NCBI GenBank assembly: GCA_045576815.1
Contig: JAZNHD010000038.1
Coordinates: 151-64,150 of the forward strand
Source of the DNA: Eubacteriales bacterium
Lineage (GTDB): Bacteria; Bacillota; Clostridia; Oscillospirales; CAG-272
DNA length: 64,000 nt
Direction: 5' to 3'
Under the pieces are notes generated by a model. The model was not told the DNA's origin and made no database searches. It was given only the letters and a program-made list of their open reading frames with translations. Of this stretch, positions 1 through 8,835 are shown in pieces; within the stretch, counting starts at the first letter, position 1, and each line of letters opens with the position of its first letter. The position numbers and the translations under genes were made by a program.

Positions 1-1109
1 ATGCGCTCCACAAGCTCATTCTCGCACATATTCGCGTCAAAGGGTAAAACGACGTCAAAAATCATATTTGTGTGCGTCTCACCGACCACAACTCGAAAAT
101 CGTGAATATCAACCGAAAGCTGCTCCTCACTGATTACTCCGAGGAGCATTTCCTTTAGAGAATTTACGGTTTCATCGTTTGTAACTATCGGATCCATGTG
201 AATTGTGCAGGTTATGTTGAGCTCCTCTTTCATACGGCGCTCAACGTTATCTATCATATCGTGAAGCTTATATATATCGTCACTGCCGTCAACCTCCGCG
301 TGTAGAGAAGCAATAAAGTGAGACGGGCCGTAGTTATGCACCATAAGGTCGTGCATGCCTATTATATCGGGATATTCAGCCACAATACGTTTTATTTCTT
401 CAACAGTCTTATCAACAGGCGCTTCACCGAGAATAGAATTTTTCGTTTCGTTAAGTATCTTCGCACCGGCTATTGTAATTAGCACCGATACAGCAATACC
501 GACTATCGCGTCTATTATCACCCAACCGGTAAGCTTGATTACAATTGAAGATACAAGCACGGCAAGTGTGGATACCGAGTCGGAAAGCGAGTCGGCGGAC
601 GCTGCTCGAACAACACCCGAATTAATTTTCTTGCCTATTCTGCGGTAAAAAAAGGCAAGCCAGAGCTTTAACAAGACTGAAACAGATAAAATTATAATTA
701 CAATCGGTGAAACATCTATCGTCTCGGCTGCTGCAGGATTAATAAGACGGGTGCCTGCGTCAATAATCATTTCAAAACCGACGAGAAGTATCAGAAAGGA
801 TACGATCATTGAGGCGATATATTCCATCCTCGCGTGCCCGAAGGGGTGGGCCTTATCCGCCGGCTTTGCAGAGAGCTTGAAGCTAAAAAACGTGATAACC
901 GATGAGCCAGCGTCAGAAAGATTATTTAGAGCGTCCGCAGTGATGGCAACAGATGCCGCGAGAATACCTGCCATTAATTTTATTGCGGCAAGTATGAAAT
1001 TTACCGAAACACCGACGACACTTGCGAGCGTGCCGTAGCTCTTGCGGACGTCGGGATTTTGGGGGCAGGCGTGATTTTTTACAAAAAGCCTTGATAATAA
1101 TTCTGTCAT
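1..1109 (-). CDS. Cation diffusion facilitator (CDF) family metal transporter; C-terminal end cut by the window edge
   Basis: My minus-strand translation from ATG 1109-1107 gives MTELLSRLFVKNHACPQNPDVRKSYGTLASVVGVSVNFILAAIKLMAGILAASVAITADALNNLSDAGSS...AHPFGHARMEYIAS...IIGMHDLMVHNYGPSHFIASLHAEV. These are CDF TM2 'ADA.NNLSD', 'FGH.R.E' and C-terminal domain signatures. It is absent from the ORF track because there is no stop inside the window. Plus-strand ORFs 355-648 and 751-1038 are mirror frames. Confidence 0.85.
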   Translation of the reverse strand, partial: MTELLSRLFVKNHACPQNPDVRKSYGTLASVVGVSVNFILAAIKLMAGILAASVAITADALNNLSDAGSSVITFFSFKLSAKPADKAHPFGHARMEYIASMIVSFLILLVGFEMIIDAGTRLINPAAAETIDVSPIVIIILSVSVLLKLWLAFFYRRIGKKINSGVVRAASADSLSDSVSTLAVLVSSIVIKLTGWVIIDAIVGIAVSVLITIAGAKILNETKNSILGEAPVDKTVEEIKRIVAEYPDIIGMHDLMVHNYGPSHFIASLHAEVDGSDDIYKLHDMIDNVERRMKEELNITCTIHMDPIVTNDETVNSLKEMLLGVISEEQLSVDIHDFRVVVGETHTNMIFDVVLPFDANMCENELVER

Positions 1110-1189
1110 TTTTTAACCTCAACGGTATTTACTTTTATGTATATTTGTGATAAAATATTTCTAATGAGATAAAAAGGACGGATACTGAC

Positions 1190-1495
1190 TTGAAAACTAT
1201 AGAGCTTACGGGTGATAAGTCTGCAGAGCTTGATACCGAAATCAGATTTAATATAGCTACCGAGCGTGCCGCCGGTGAGGAGCTCTTACGGTTTGATATA
1301 AAATCGGAGAGTGACACAGCCTTACGCCATGCACTCAAGATTCTTCGCCGCATGAAGCTTGAGGGTGCGATACAGGCACTCGCATCACGCGACAGCTTTA
1401 TCTCAGAGGATACCGAGGCAAGCTATATTAACAATAAATACGGAACGTCGCTTGGAACTTTGCCCGATAGAGACTTCATATTCGTAAAAATTTAA
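1190..1495 (+). CDS. Hypothetical 101-aa protein (loosely Smr-like layout, catalytic motif absent)
   Basis: ORF track, TTG start with AAGGA about 11 nt upstream, followed by a strong terminator hairpin. 'IELTG..ELLRFDIKS..ALRHALKILRR' resembles the Smr domain order but lacks the HG.G motif. No confident family. Confidence 0.45.
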   Translation: MKTIELTGDKSAELDTEIRFNIATERAAGEELLRFDIKSESDTALRHALKILRRMKLEGAIQALASRDSFISEDTEASYINNKYGTSLGTLPDRDFIFVKI

Positions 1496-1497
1496 GA

Positions 1498-1536
1498 AAA
1501 GGTTGCTATGACTGTCAGTACTTCATAGCAACCTTT
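1498..1536. terminator. Bidirectional intrinsic terminator between the 101-aa ORF (+) and the ACP gene (-)
   Basis: Perfect 14-bp stem AAAGGTTGCTATGA / TCATAGCAACCTTT with an 11-nt loop, flanked by A/T runs on both sides. Confidence 0.75.
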
Positions 1537-1544
1537 AATATTAA

Positions 1545-1769
1545 TTACTTATTCGCCTCAAGGTAGCGCACAACGTCGCCAACTGTATTGAAGTTGTGAA
1601 GCTCCTCATCATTAATTTCAACGCCAAACTTTTCCTCACAAAGATAAACAAGGTCTGCAAGCTCGAGCGAGTTAATACCGAGGTCACCCGAAAGCTCTGC
1701 TTCCATCGTGATATCACCCTCGTTTACACGAAGCTCGTCAACCAAAAACTGCTTAAGAGTTTCAAACAT
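1545..1769 (-). CDS. Acyl carrier protein (stand-alone)
   Basis: 74 aa, acidic. 'LSGDLGINSLELADLV' matches the ACP phosphopantetheine-attachment serine motif (D-S-L type). Confidence 0.8.
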   Translation of the reverse strand: MFETLKQFLVDELRVNEGDITMEAELSGDLGINSLELADLVYLCEEKFGVEINDEELHNFNTVGDVVRYLEANK

Positions 1770-1977
1770 ATCTATTCTATCCTCCTTTTCGTTGTTTTCA
1801 AATGCTGATCAACAGGTGACTGACAATACTGCTCTATAATACTATAATTTTAAGGTTCTGTCAATACTTTTTTGCAATTTTGTTCATTTTTTGACCATGT
1901 TTTGCATAAAACCGTATAATTTGATGCAAAAATTGTTTTCGAGTATATCGAAATTACTATAAATTTATGCTCTACCA

Positions 1978-2006
1978 TTGACTTTTATACGCGCGTGTGT
2001 TATAAT
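1978..2006 (+). promoter_or_regulatory. Sigma-A type promoter for the nfeD-SPFH operon
   Basis: TTGACT (1978-1983), 17-nt spacer, TATAAT (2001-2006), about 55 nt upstream of ATG 2062. Confidence 0.6.
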
Positions 2007-2061
2007 AGAATTAACAGGTAAACCCTGATTTTTACATAACCTAAGGAGGTGTTTTCCCGAA

Positions 2062-2490
2062 ATGATGGGGTGGATTTGGATCGGTGTTATAGCACTCGCA
2101 ATTATCGTTGAGGTGATTACCGATCAGATGGTGTCCGTTTGGTTCGTTCCCGGCGGTATAGTAGCGATAATTCTTGATTTCTGCACGGTTGATAAGGTGT
2201 GGCAGATTCTTGCCTTTTTACTCGTGTCAGCGCTTGGCATAGTGCTTTTTAAGTGCGTGATTGGTAAGAAATTTGCAAGTAGCAAGAATACTAAGACCAA
2301 TATTGAGGCAATAATTGGAGAGAGATGTGTCGTTACCGAGAAGATAGATAATTTTGCCGGCTGCGGCCAGGCAAGAGTCGGCGGACAAATATGGTCGGCT
2401 CGCGGTGCTGCCGAGAATGACGTGTTCGAGGTTGGCGAGGTTCTCAACATCGTTGCTATCGAGGGCGTAAAGCTCATTTGCAAAAAATAA
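2062..2490 (+). CDS. NfeD family membrane protein
   Basis: Hydrophobic N-terminal half followed by a C-terminal OB-like 'GERCVVTEKIDNFAGCGQARVGGQIWSAR...VLNIVAIEGVKL' segment. Sits immediately upstream of an SPFH gene, the classic NfeD-stomatin pairing. Confidence 0.85.
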   Translation: MMGWIWIGVIALAIIVEVITDQMVSVWFVPGGIVAIILDFCTVDKVWQILAFLLVSALGIVLFKCVIGKKFASSKNTKTNIEAIIGERCVVTEKIDNFAGCGQARVGGQIWSARGAAENDVFEVGEVLNIVAIEGVKLICKK

Positions 2491-2508
2491 ATTTGAAAGA
2501 GGTTTATT

Positions 2509-3462
2509 ATGTTTTTTCTTGAAATAGATTCTACACCCTTAATAATTGCTCTTGCTATCATAGCAATCGCTGTCGCAATTCTTATTGCAAGCATCAAAAT
2601 CGTGCCGCAGGCTAACGCATACGTTATCGAGCGCCTTGGCAGCTATACTAAGACATGGCACACAGGCATGCACTGGATGATACCGTTTATTGAGAGAATT
2701 GCAAAGAAAATCACTCTTATGGAGCAGGTTGTCGATTTCCCGCCCCAACCTGTTATTACCAAAGATAACGTAAGAATGCAGATTGATACCGTGGTTTTCT
2801 ATCAGATAACCGACTGTAAGCTTTACACCTACGGTGTTACAAATCCTCTTATGGCTATCGAAAATCTTACTGCAACCACACTTCGTAATATCATAGGTGA
2901 GCTCGACCTTGACCAGACACTTACCTCAAGAGATATTATAAACACTAAAATGCGTGCTATTCTGGATGAGGCCACCGACCCTTGGGGTATTAAGGTAAAC
3001 CGTGTTGAGCTTAAGAATATCATTCCTCCCCGCGAGATACAGGATGCGATGGAAAAGCAGATGAAGGCCGAGCGCGAGCGCCGCGAGCTTATTCTTAAGG
3101 CCGAGGGTGAGAAAAATTCTACCATTCTTGTTGCGGAGGGACAGAAGCAGCAGGCAATTCTCGCTGCTGAGGCAGAGAAGGAGTCGGCTATTCTCCGAGC
3201 GCAGGCTGTTAAAGAGGCAAAAATCAAGGAAGCAGAGGGTGAAGCTGAGGCTATTCTTAAAATTCAGCAGGCTACCGCTGAGGGTATTCGTATGATAAAT
3301 GAAGCAAAGCCTTCTGATGCCGTGCTTACGATAAAGAGCCTTGAGTCCTTTGAAAAGGCCGCAGACGGCAAAGCAACCAAGATTATTATTCCCTCAAGCA
3401 TTCAGGGAATTGCCGGTCTTGCAAACGCACTTACCGAATCGGTAAAAATTGATAACAAATAA
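2509..3462 (+). CDS. SPFH/band-7 (stomatin-like, slipin) protein
   Basis: N-terminal TM segment, then 'IKIVPQANAYVIERLGSY...' and a long coiled-coil 'EKQMKAERERR...AEGEKN...' typical of the SPFH family. Confidence 0.9.
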   Translation: MFFLEIDSTPLIIALAIIAIAVAILIASIKIVPQANAYVIERLGSYTKTWHTGMHWMIPFIERIAKKITLMEQVVDFPPQPVITKDNVRMQIDTVVFYQITDCKLYTYGVTNPLMAIENLTATTLRNIIGELDLDQTLTSRDIINTKMRAILDEATDPWGIKVNRVELKNIIPPREIQDAMEKQMKAERERRELILKAEGEKNSTILVAEGQKQQAILAAEAEKESAILRAQAVKEAKIKEAEGEAEAILKIQQATAEGIRMINEAKPSDAVLTIKSLESFEKAADGKATKIIIPSSIQGIAGLANALTESVKIDNK

Positions 3463-3466
3463 ACAA

Positions 3467-3508
3467 AAGAAGAAGCTGGCGTCAACTATAATACGTCAGC
3501 TTCTTTTC
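3467..3508. terminator. Terminator hairpin after the SPFH gene
   Basis: AAGAAGCTGGCG / CGTCAGCTTCTT stem (one mismatch) followed by TTTTC. Confidence 0.55.
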
Positions 3509-3572
3509 ATAATGTGCAATACACGTAAAGGCGTGGTAGGGAAGATGTAGGGTAGCAAGCATGCGACTTGGA

Positions 3573-3602
3573 TAAAAAAAGTCGTATCCGAAGATACGAC
3601 TT
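3573..3602 (-). terminator. Intrinsic terminator of the tRNA-Arg/tRNA-His unit
   Basis: The minus strand reads AAGTCGTATC-ttcg-GATACGACTT followed by TTTTTTT, immediately 3' of tRNA-His. Confidence 0.8.
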
Positions 3603-3680
3603 TGGGGTGAGATATGGGACTTGAACCCACGACCTCCAGGGCCACAACCTGGCGCTACTGCCAACTGAGCTAATCCCACC
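3603..3680 (-). tRNA. tRNA-His (anticodon GUG), CCA encoded
   Basis: Hand-folded cloverleaf from the minus strand. It has the extra G-1 typical of tRNA-His, anticodon loop TTGTGGC, T-loop GGTTCAAGTCC, and 3' ...ATCTCAC-C-CCA. Confidence 0.9.
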
Positions 3681-3692
3681 ATATATTACAAG

Positions 3693-3769
3693 TGGCGTGC
3701 CTTGAGGGACTCGAACCCCCGACCTACTGCTTAGAAGGCAGTTGCTCTATCCAGCTGAGCTAAAGGCAC
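3693..3769 (-). tRNA. tRNA-Arg (anticodon UCU), CCA encoded
   Basis: Minus strand GTGCCTTTAGCTCAGCTGGATAGAGCAACTGCCTTCTAAGCAGT...GGGGGTTCGAGTCCCTCAAGGCACGCCA. Acceptor GTGCCTT/AAGGCAC, anticodon loop CTTCTAA. Confidence 0.9.
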
Positions 3770-3788
3770 ATGCTTGACAACGACCATA

Positions 3789-3817
3789 ATTATAACAGAA
3801 GATTTTCTTTTTGTCAA
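3789..3817 (-). promoter_or_regulatory. Sigma-A promoter of the tRNA-Arg/His unit
   Basis: Minus strand TTGACA (3817-3812), 17 nt, TATAAT (3794-3789), about 20 nt upstream of tRNA-Arg. Confidence 0.75.
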
Positions 3818-3843
3818 TAGATTTAGACAACTTTTTTATAAAA

Positions 3844-3881
3844 TAATTCCGCAAGAGTTAATATCGCACTTGCGGAATTAT
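3844..3881 (-). terminator. Terminator after clpC
   Basis: ATAATTCCGCAAG ... CTTGCGGAATTAT inverted repeat just 3' of the clpC stop. The minus strand continues with a T-rich tail. Confidence 0.65.
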
Positions 3882-3886
3882 TTTTG

Positions 3887-6298
3887 TTATATTGCCTCGG
3901 CTGATTCCATATATAGCTTCTCGGACATAATTTGACCGTTATTAACCGAGATACGCACGCACTCTCCCGAGCTGAGTTCACCGGAAACTATCATTTCCGC
4001 AACAACGTTTTCCACCTCACTGCATATAAGTCGGTTAAGTGCACGCGCTCCAAAGCCCCTTGTGCTAACTCCTTTAGCAAGATACTCGGGAAGTGTCGAG
4101 TCGTATATTAGCCTTATTCCTCTCTCAAAAATACGTTCACTGACAAACTCGAGCTTAATCTTGGCAATTTTTGTAAGCGAGTCTATATCAAGCGGAGAGA
4201 AGAGTACAACCTCGTCAATGCGTCCTATAAATTCATCGCTGAAATGTCCGCGCAGCTTCTCGTGTATGGAGGTCTCGCGCGCTTCTCTTTGAAAGCCGAG
4301 GGAGTTTGTTTCCTTGAATTTATTTGAGCCGATATTAGAGGTCATAATGATATAAGTGTTTCTGAAATTGATTTTTCTACCCGTCGCATCTGTGAGGTAT
4401 CCCTCGTCAAATATTTGAAGAAAAAGAGAAAGAACGTCCTTGTGCGCCTTTTCAATCTCATCAAGAAGCACGACGGAATAGGGGTGCTTGCGTATTTTTT
4501 CAAGAGCATCAGCACTGTCGTCGTAACCCACGTATCCGGGAGCCGCGCCGATTAACTTCGATACCGAATACGATTCGGAATATTCCGACATATCATATCG
4601 GACAAGAGCTCCCTCGTCATGAAATAGCTCTCTGGTTATAGCCTTAGCAAGTGCTGTTTTACCGACACCGCTTTCGCCAAGAAACAAGAATATACCTTTC
4701 GGTCTTGACAGGTCACATATCCCCGCGAAGCTGCGAACAACGGCTGACGAAATGGCGTTTACAGCTTCTGTCTGACCGATCACCTCTTTTGAAAGGCGCT
4801 TGGCAATCTCCGAGGTGTTTATTGGGGTATGCTTTTGATGTATATCTACTCCGCAAATCTCCGAAACGACCTCACGTATATGCTCCTCGGTAACGGTTTC
4901 TCTGTTATCCTGAGCGCTTGTAAAACGAACCTCGCTTGCAAGCTCGCCGGCATACACCCGCTCTAGCTCGCGTAAATCACGCACAAGAGTGTTGTCTTTG
5001 CTTGCTATGGCGGTTAATTTATCTTTAGATAACTGCCGCATTTTTTCTCGTATTTTTGTTATTTTAGTATTGTTTACAGTGCGCCTGGTGTTAATCTTTG
5101 CGCATGCCTCATCAAGCACATCTATAGCTTTGTCCGGCAAAAATCTGTCCTGAATATATCGTTCAGACAGAACCGCGGCTGCTCTTACCGCGGTGTCGTC
5201 TATTTTGATTTTGTGATGCTCCTCGTATCTCGATTTAATGCCAAGCAAAATTTTTACCGTTTTTTCTATATCCGGCTCTTCGACCGTGAGCGGCTGAAAT
5301 CTACGTTCGAGTGCCGCATCCTTTTCTATATACTTACGGTATTCCTTCAGGGTTGTAGCGCCAATCAAGCGTATATTACCGCGAGATAGCTCGGGCTTCA
5401 TAATATTCGCGGCATCTATCGCTCCCTCTGCCGAGCCCGCTCCTACAATGGTATGAATTTCGTCAATAAACAGTATAACAGATTCGTTTTTTGAAGCCTC
5501 ACCCATAATATTCTTGATTCTTTCTTCAAAATCGCCGCGGTACTTCGCTCCCGCCACCATTGACGTCAGGTCTATTGAAATAAGTGTTTTTCCGAGCAGT
5601 GACGGAGGAACACTCCCCTCGGCAATTCTCACCGCAAGCCCCTCGACTATTGCAGTTTTTCCTACGCCGGCTTCACCGATAAGACATGGGTTGTTTTTTG
5701 TTTTTCTCGATAATATTCTTATCAGCCGTTCGGTTTCGGATTCACGGCCTATAACAGGCTCAATTTCTCCTTTTTCAGCCATGCGCGTAAGATTTTTTCC
5801 ATATTTTGTAAGATTTGGTATTGCAGCATCGGATATCGGCTCTTGAGAGCCTATACTGCGCTCGGTGCTTCTCAAAAAAGAGAGCGTCTCCTCACGTAGC
5901 AGAGTGACGTCAGCACCTGCACGCAACAGTATTTTAACGGCAACCGAATCGCGTTCCTCAAGAAGTGCTAACAAAACGTGCTCCGTGCCTATTTTATCTG
6001 AGTTATACCGTTTTGAAATTCTGTATGAGGATTCGAGTATACGTCTGCATCGGGGAGTAGTATCTTTTGAGCTTAATACGCTTTTAATTCCAATGCCCGA
6101 ATAATCTTTTATAGCATCGAAAATGGCGCTTTTGCTAACCTTGGAGCGTTTTAATATAACGGCGGAGCAGGATGAGTCATCCTCGAAAAGTGATAATAAT
6201 ATATGCTCGGTACCGATGTAGGTGTGACCTAAAGATTCGGCGAGTCTTACTGCGCTATTTAATGCATTTTCAGCCTTTTCTGTAAATTTGTTGCTCAT
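3887..6298 (-). CDS. clpC: ATP-dependent Clp protease ATP-binding subunit ClpC (class III stress AAA+ chaperone)
   Basis: 803 aa. Has an N-terminal Clp_N double repeat, two AAA+ modules with Walker A motifs 'GEAGVGKTA' and 'GESGVGKTA', and a Walker B 'ILFIDEIH'. Confidence 0.9.
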   Translation of the reverse strand: MSNKFTEKAENALNSAVRLAESLGHTYIGTEHILLSLFEDDSSCSAVILKRSKVSKSAIFDAIKDYSGIGIKSVLSSKDTTPRCRRILESSYRISKRYNSDKIGTEHVLLALLEERDSVAVKILLRAGADVTLLREETLSFLRSTERSIGSQEPISDAAIPNLTKYGKNLTRMAEKGEIEPVIGRESETERLIRILSRKTKNNPCLIGEAGVGKTAIVEGLAVRIAEGSVPPSLLGKTLISIDLTSMVAGAKYRGDFEERIKNIMGEASKNESVILFIDEIHTIVGAGSAEGAIDAANIMKPELSRGNIRLIGATTLKEYRKYIEKDAALERRFQPLTVEEPDIEKTVKILLGIKSRYEEHHKIKIDDTAVRAAAVLSERYIQDRFLPDKAIDVLDEACAKINTRRTVNNTKITKIREKMRQLSKDKLTAIASKDNTLVRDLRELERVYAGELASEVRFTSAQDNRETVTEEHIREVVSEICGVDIHQKHTPINTSEIAKRLSKEVIGQTEAVNAISSAVVRSFAGICDLSRPKGIFLFLGESGVGKTALAKAITRELFHDEGALVRYDMSEYSESYSVSKLIGAAPGYVGYDDSADALEKIRKHPYSVVLLDEIEKAHKDVLSLFLQIFDEGYLTDATGRKINFRNTYIIMTSNIGSNKFKETNSLGFQREARETSIHEKLRGHFSDEFIGRIDEVVLFSPLDIDSLTKIAKIKLEFVSERIFERGIRLIYDSTLPEYLAKGVSTRGFGARALNRLICSEVENVVAEMIVSGELSSGECVRISVNNGQIMSEKLYMESAEAI

Positions 6299-6360
6299 TT
6301 TACTCTTATCCTTTTAGTACTGTTTGGAAAATTATACCCCCGATGCACGAAAATAACTCG

Positions 6361-6867
6361 CTAAGCCTTAAAATTAAAAATTGAATCTCTCTCAATCAGC
6401 ATTCGCTCGTAGGTAAATTCGTCGATTTTACCCGTCGGCGTAAGATTAAACAAATCCTGAAGTATTATCACTCCCTCTTCGCTGGCTTCCGAAAAGTACG
6501 AGCTTTTTCTGACGGAATGATAATGACCGTGATAATCAAGTATTTCAATTATCAAATCATTTACGTATTCAATCTCATCACCCGACATACCGAGAGTTAT
6601 AGGAAAGGTTATAAAGGAATCGTGCTTTTCTTGTATACGCCTTTCGTTAGTGATAACAGTATACTCGTCATAAAGCATGACAAAGGTTTCGTAATTAACC
6701 TTACCTGTAGAATTGAGATTTTTTTTATTTTGAAAATCCTTTACCGCAAGAGTTGTGTTATCGTCAAAAATGCCCGAAATTATGACGGGCAGGGCATCGT
6801 ATCCAATTCCGCGTAAATATCCTTGAATCTCTTTTATTGCGGCAGGCTTATCGTCAATATTATACAT
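6361..6867 (-). CDS. Peptidoglycan-binding domain protein (168 aa)
   Basis: One PG_binding_1-like repeat 'IKEIQGYLRGIGYD...GIFDDNTTLAVKDFQNKKNLNSTGKVNYETF'. Last gene of a three-gene minus-strand cluster. Confidence 0.65.
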   Translation of the reverse strand: MYNIDDKPAAIKEIQGYLRGIGYDALPVIISGIFDDNTTLAVKDFQNKKNLNSTGKVNYETFVMLYDEYTVITNERRIQEKHDSFITFPITLGMSGDEIEYVNDLIIEILDYHGHYHSVRKSSYFSEASEEGVIILQDLFNLTPTGKIDEFTYERMLIERDSIFNFKA

Positions 6868-6877
6868 ATCTCGCTCC

Positions 6878-8275
6878 TTATGATATTTCGTATCCAGGAT
6901 ACTGTCCGACGTTTACCGTGCTTCCTTGATATAGGTCGTCGTAAATACTTGCAATAGCATCCCATGAGGGCGCCGCAACACGGTCGGGGGCGCCTGTAAT
7001 ACCGAAAATTTCCTTGAATGCCGCAACCTGTGCCGCGGTAGACGGTCCAAACACCCCGTCAACGTTAACCACCGGTATCTCTGAGTAGCTTCTCGCAATA
7101 AAATTAAGATACTCCTGCATCACTCTGACGTCATCCCCCTCGGTTCCGGGGCGCAGCACGCGGCCGGGGAAGGGCAAAATCCGCCCCTCGCGGAAGTTAA
7201 AATCCTGATTTTGTATCATGCTTTGATAAACGTTTTCTATTCTGTCCCACGTAGCCCTGTCAACCACACCGGTTTCCGGAAGCCCGTAGGTGCGCTGAAA
7301 GGAAAGAACAGCCTCTTTTGTGGTGGGGCCAAAGCTGCCGTCAAGCGCTGCACCTTGCACGGAATTGACAAAGAGAGCAATATAGGAAAGAAAATACTGT
7401 ATGGAAAGCACCCCTTCTCCGCTATCCCCCTCGGAGAGATCTCTCGAATATCTTGTTGTTACGTCGGTAATCCGGAGTCCCTCAGAGCTTACGGTGTAAA
7501 GCTTTTTGACAGCGTTATATATGAACTGTATTTCGTTCCACGTTGCCTTACCGACAACTCCGTCAACGTTTAGATTGAATACCTCTTGAAATTTACGTAC
7601 AGCATCCGTCGTGCTGGTGTCAAAAAAGCCGTCAGCCGGATAAATTTTAGGTATACCCGGAAAGTTAGCCGAAATTCTATTAAGCTTTCTCTGTAATATT
7701 TCGACGTCACTTCCGGTGTCTCCCTCACGCAGAGCAACCGGTGGGGCGCTGCCGACAACATTTTCCACGGGCACGTTTGTCTCAAGCACGATATCGTCAC
7801 CGTAGTATTCCTTCAGTATGCTGAAGTAGTCGAGTCCTTGGTTGGCAAGCTCAACGCTGCCCCATTGCAGAAGTCCGGGGCAGGTTATTTCAACACCGTC
7901 GCAAAACTGTGCGAATAACGGCTCGATAAAATCCTCTCGGCGAATATAGCTATCGAATATTTCATCTACTATCTCCGAGACATTCGAAAATATATCTCTT
8001 TGGTAAACGTAGGTTTGATCGTATGCCGGGGAATTAGTTATATCGAAATCATAACCCGAGCTTCTGTAAAACTCCGTGTATACGCGGTTTAGGGCGACCG
8101 AAATCTGTGCTATGACATTGGCCTTTATCGCTTCCGTCGGCCACGTCGGATATATTTCACTTGAAGCTACGTTTTTGATATAATCCGCAAAGGTTTCCGT
8201 AACATTTTGCGCATCAGAATCGGGTGCGCCCAGGTGGATAACGATTTCTTCCGGTATAATTGGCGTGTATGGCAT
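6878..8275 (-). CDS. SpoIID/LytB-like N-terminal domain protein with three peptidoglycan-binding repeats (SleC-like cortex/wall enzyme candidate)
   Basis: 'YIKNVASSEIYPTWPTEAIKANVIAQISVALNRVY' resembles the SpoIID 'wp.EAlKAQAvAaRTY' motif. There are three PG_binding_1-like repeats (…DGFFDTSTTDAVRKFQ…VDGVVGKATW; …DGSFGPTTKEAVLSFQ…TGVVDRATW; …DGVFGPSTAAQVAAFK…). Confidence 0.65.
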   Translation of the reverse strand: MPYTPIIPEEIVIHLGAPDSDAQNVTETFADYIKNVASSEIYPTWPTEAIKANVIAQISVALNRVYTEFYRSSGYDFDITNSPAYDQTYVYQRDIFSNVSEIVDEIFDSYIRREDFIEPLFAQFCDGVEITCPGLLQWGSVELANQGLDYFSILKEYYGDDIVLETNVPVENVVGSAPPVALREGDTGSDVEILQRKLNRISANFPGIPKIYPADGFFDTSTTDAVRKFQEVFNLNVDGVVGKATWNEIQFIYNAVKKLYTVSSEGLRITDVTTRYSRDLSEGDSGEGVLSIQYFLSYIALFVNSVQGAALDGSFGPTTKEAVLSFQRTYGLPETGVVDRATWDRIENVYQSMIQNQDFNFREGRILPFPGRVLRPGTEGDDVRVMQEYLNFIARSYSEIPVVNVDGVFGPSTAAQVAAFKEIFGITGAPDRVAAPSWDAIASIYDDLYQGSTVNVGQYPGYEIS

Positions 8276-8279
8276 ATCT

Positions 8280-8684
8280 TTACTCCAAATTTTCGTTTTG
8301 CGTAATTTCAGCGGATAAATTATTTCTCGGATAATCCTTTACGTCGGTCTGTGATACAGGTATCATTGTAATCGGCAGAATGGAATCAATACCGGAAAAA
8401 ACCGATACGCTATTAATTATTTTATTGAAGTATCCCGGTGCGCTAACCTCAATATTATATGTTGCATACGGTGATTCCGGCGCGCCCGGTGAAAGCGATA
8501 GGGTTTTAAGCGGCGCCGGGAGTGTAATCCTCTCGGCCGTACCGTCCTCATCGGTTAGCAGGGAGTAGGTGATAAAACGGTTATCCTCCTCCGCACCGAA
8601 TATTCTAACGACCACACCCGGTACAGGCAGAGCGCCTCCGGCAGTCTTCGCCCTTACGGTAAGGGTTCCAAAATCGTCTAACAC
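8280..8684 (-). CDS. Carboxypeptidase-regulatory-like (beta-sandwich) domain protein
   Basis: 134 aa. 'GTLTVRAKTAGGALPVPGVVVRIFG...TDEDGTAERITLPAP...YNIEVSAPGY' fits the CarboxypepD_reg pattern. GTG start with AGGAGG 7 nt upstream. Confidence 0.6.
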   Translation of the reverse strand: MLDDFGTLTVRAKTAGGALPVPGVVVRIFGAEEDNRFITYSLLTDEDGTAERITLPAPLKTLSLSPGAPESPYATYNIEVSAPGYFNKIINSVSVFSGIDSILPITMIPVSQTDVKDYPRNNLSAEITQNENLE

Positions 8685-8739
8685 TGTATTTCCTCCTTTA
8701 TCTTTGGTCTTTTTTTGTCTTTAATTAGGTTAAATGCTA

Positions 8740-8768
8740 TTGACACGGATAAAATTATAGTATATAAT
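8740..8768 (+). promoter_or_regulatory. Sigma-A promoter upstream of prs
   Basis: TTGACA (8740-8745), 17 nt, TATAAT (8763-8768). Confidence 0.7.
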
Positions 8769-8835
8769 ATGATTACGAAAGTGTGCGATCGAACTGTCGA
8801 CGGCATGCACTGCAAAACAGTATTGGAGAGTTAAA

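Noticed and set aside
3482-3682. 66-aa minus-strand ORF overlapping tRNA-His.
   Set aside because: It is the translation of a tRNA gene and its terminator, not a coding sequence.
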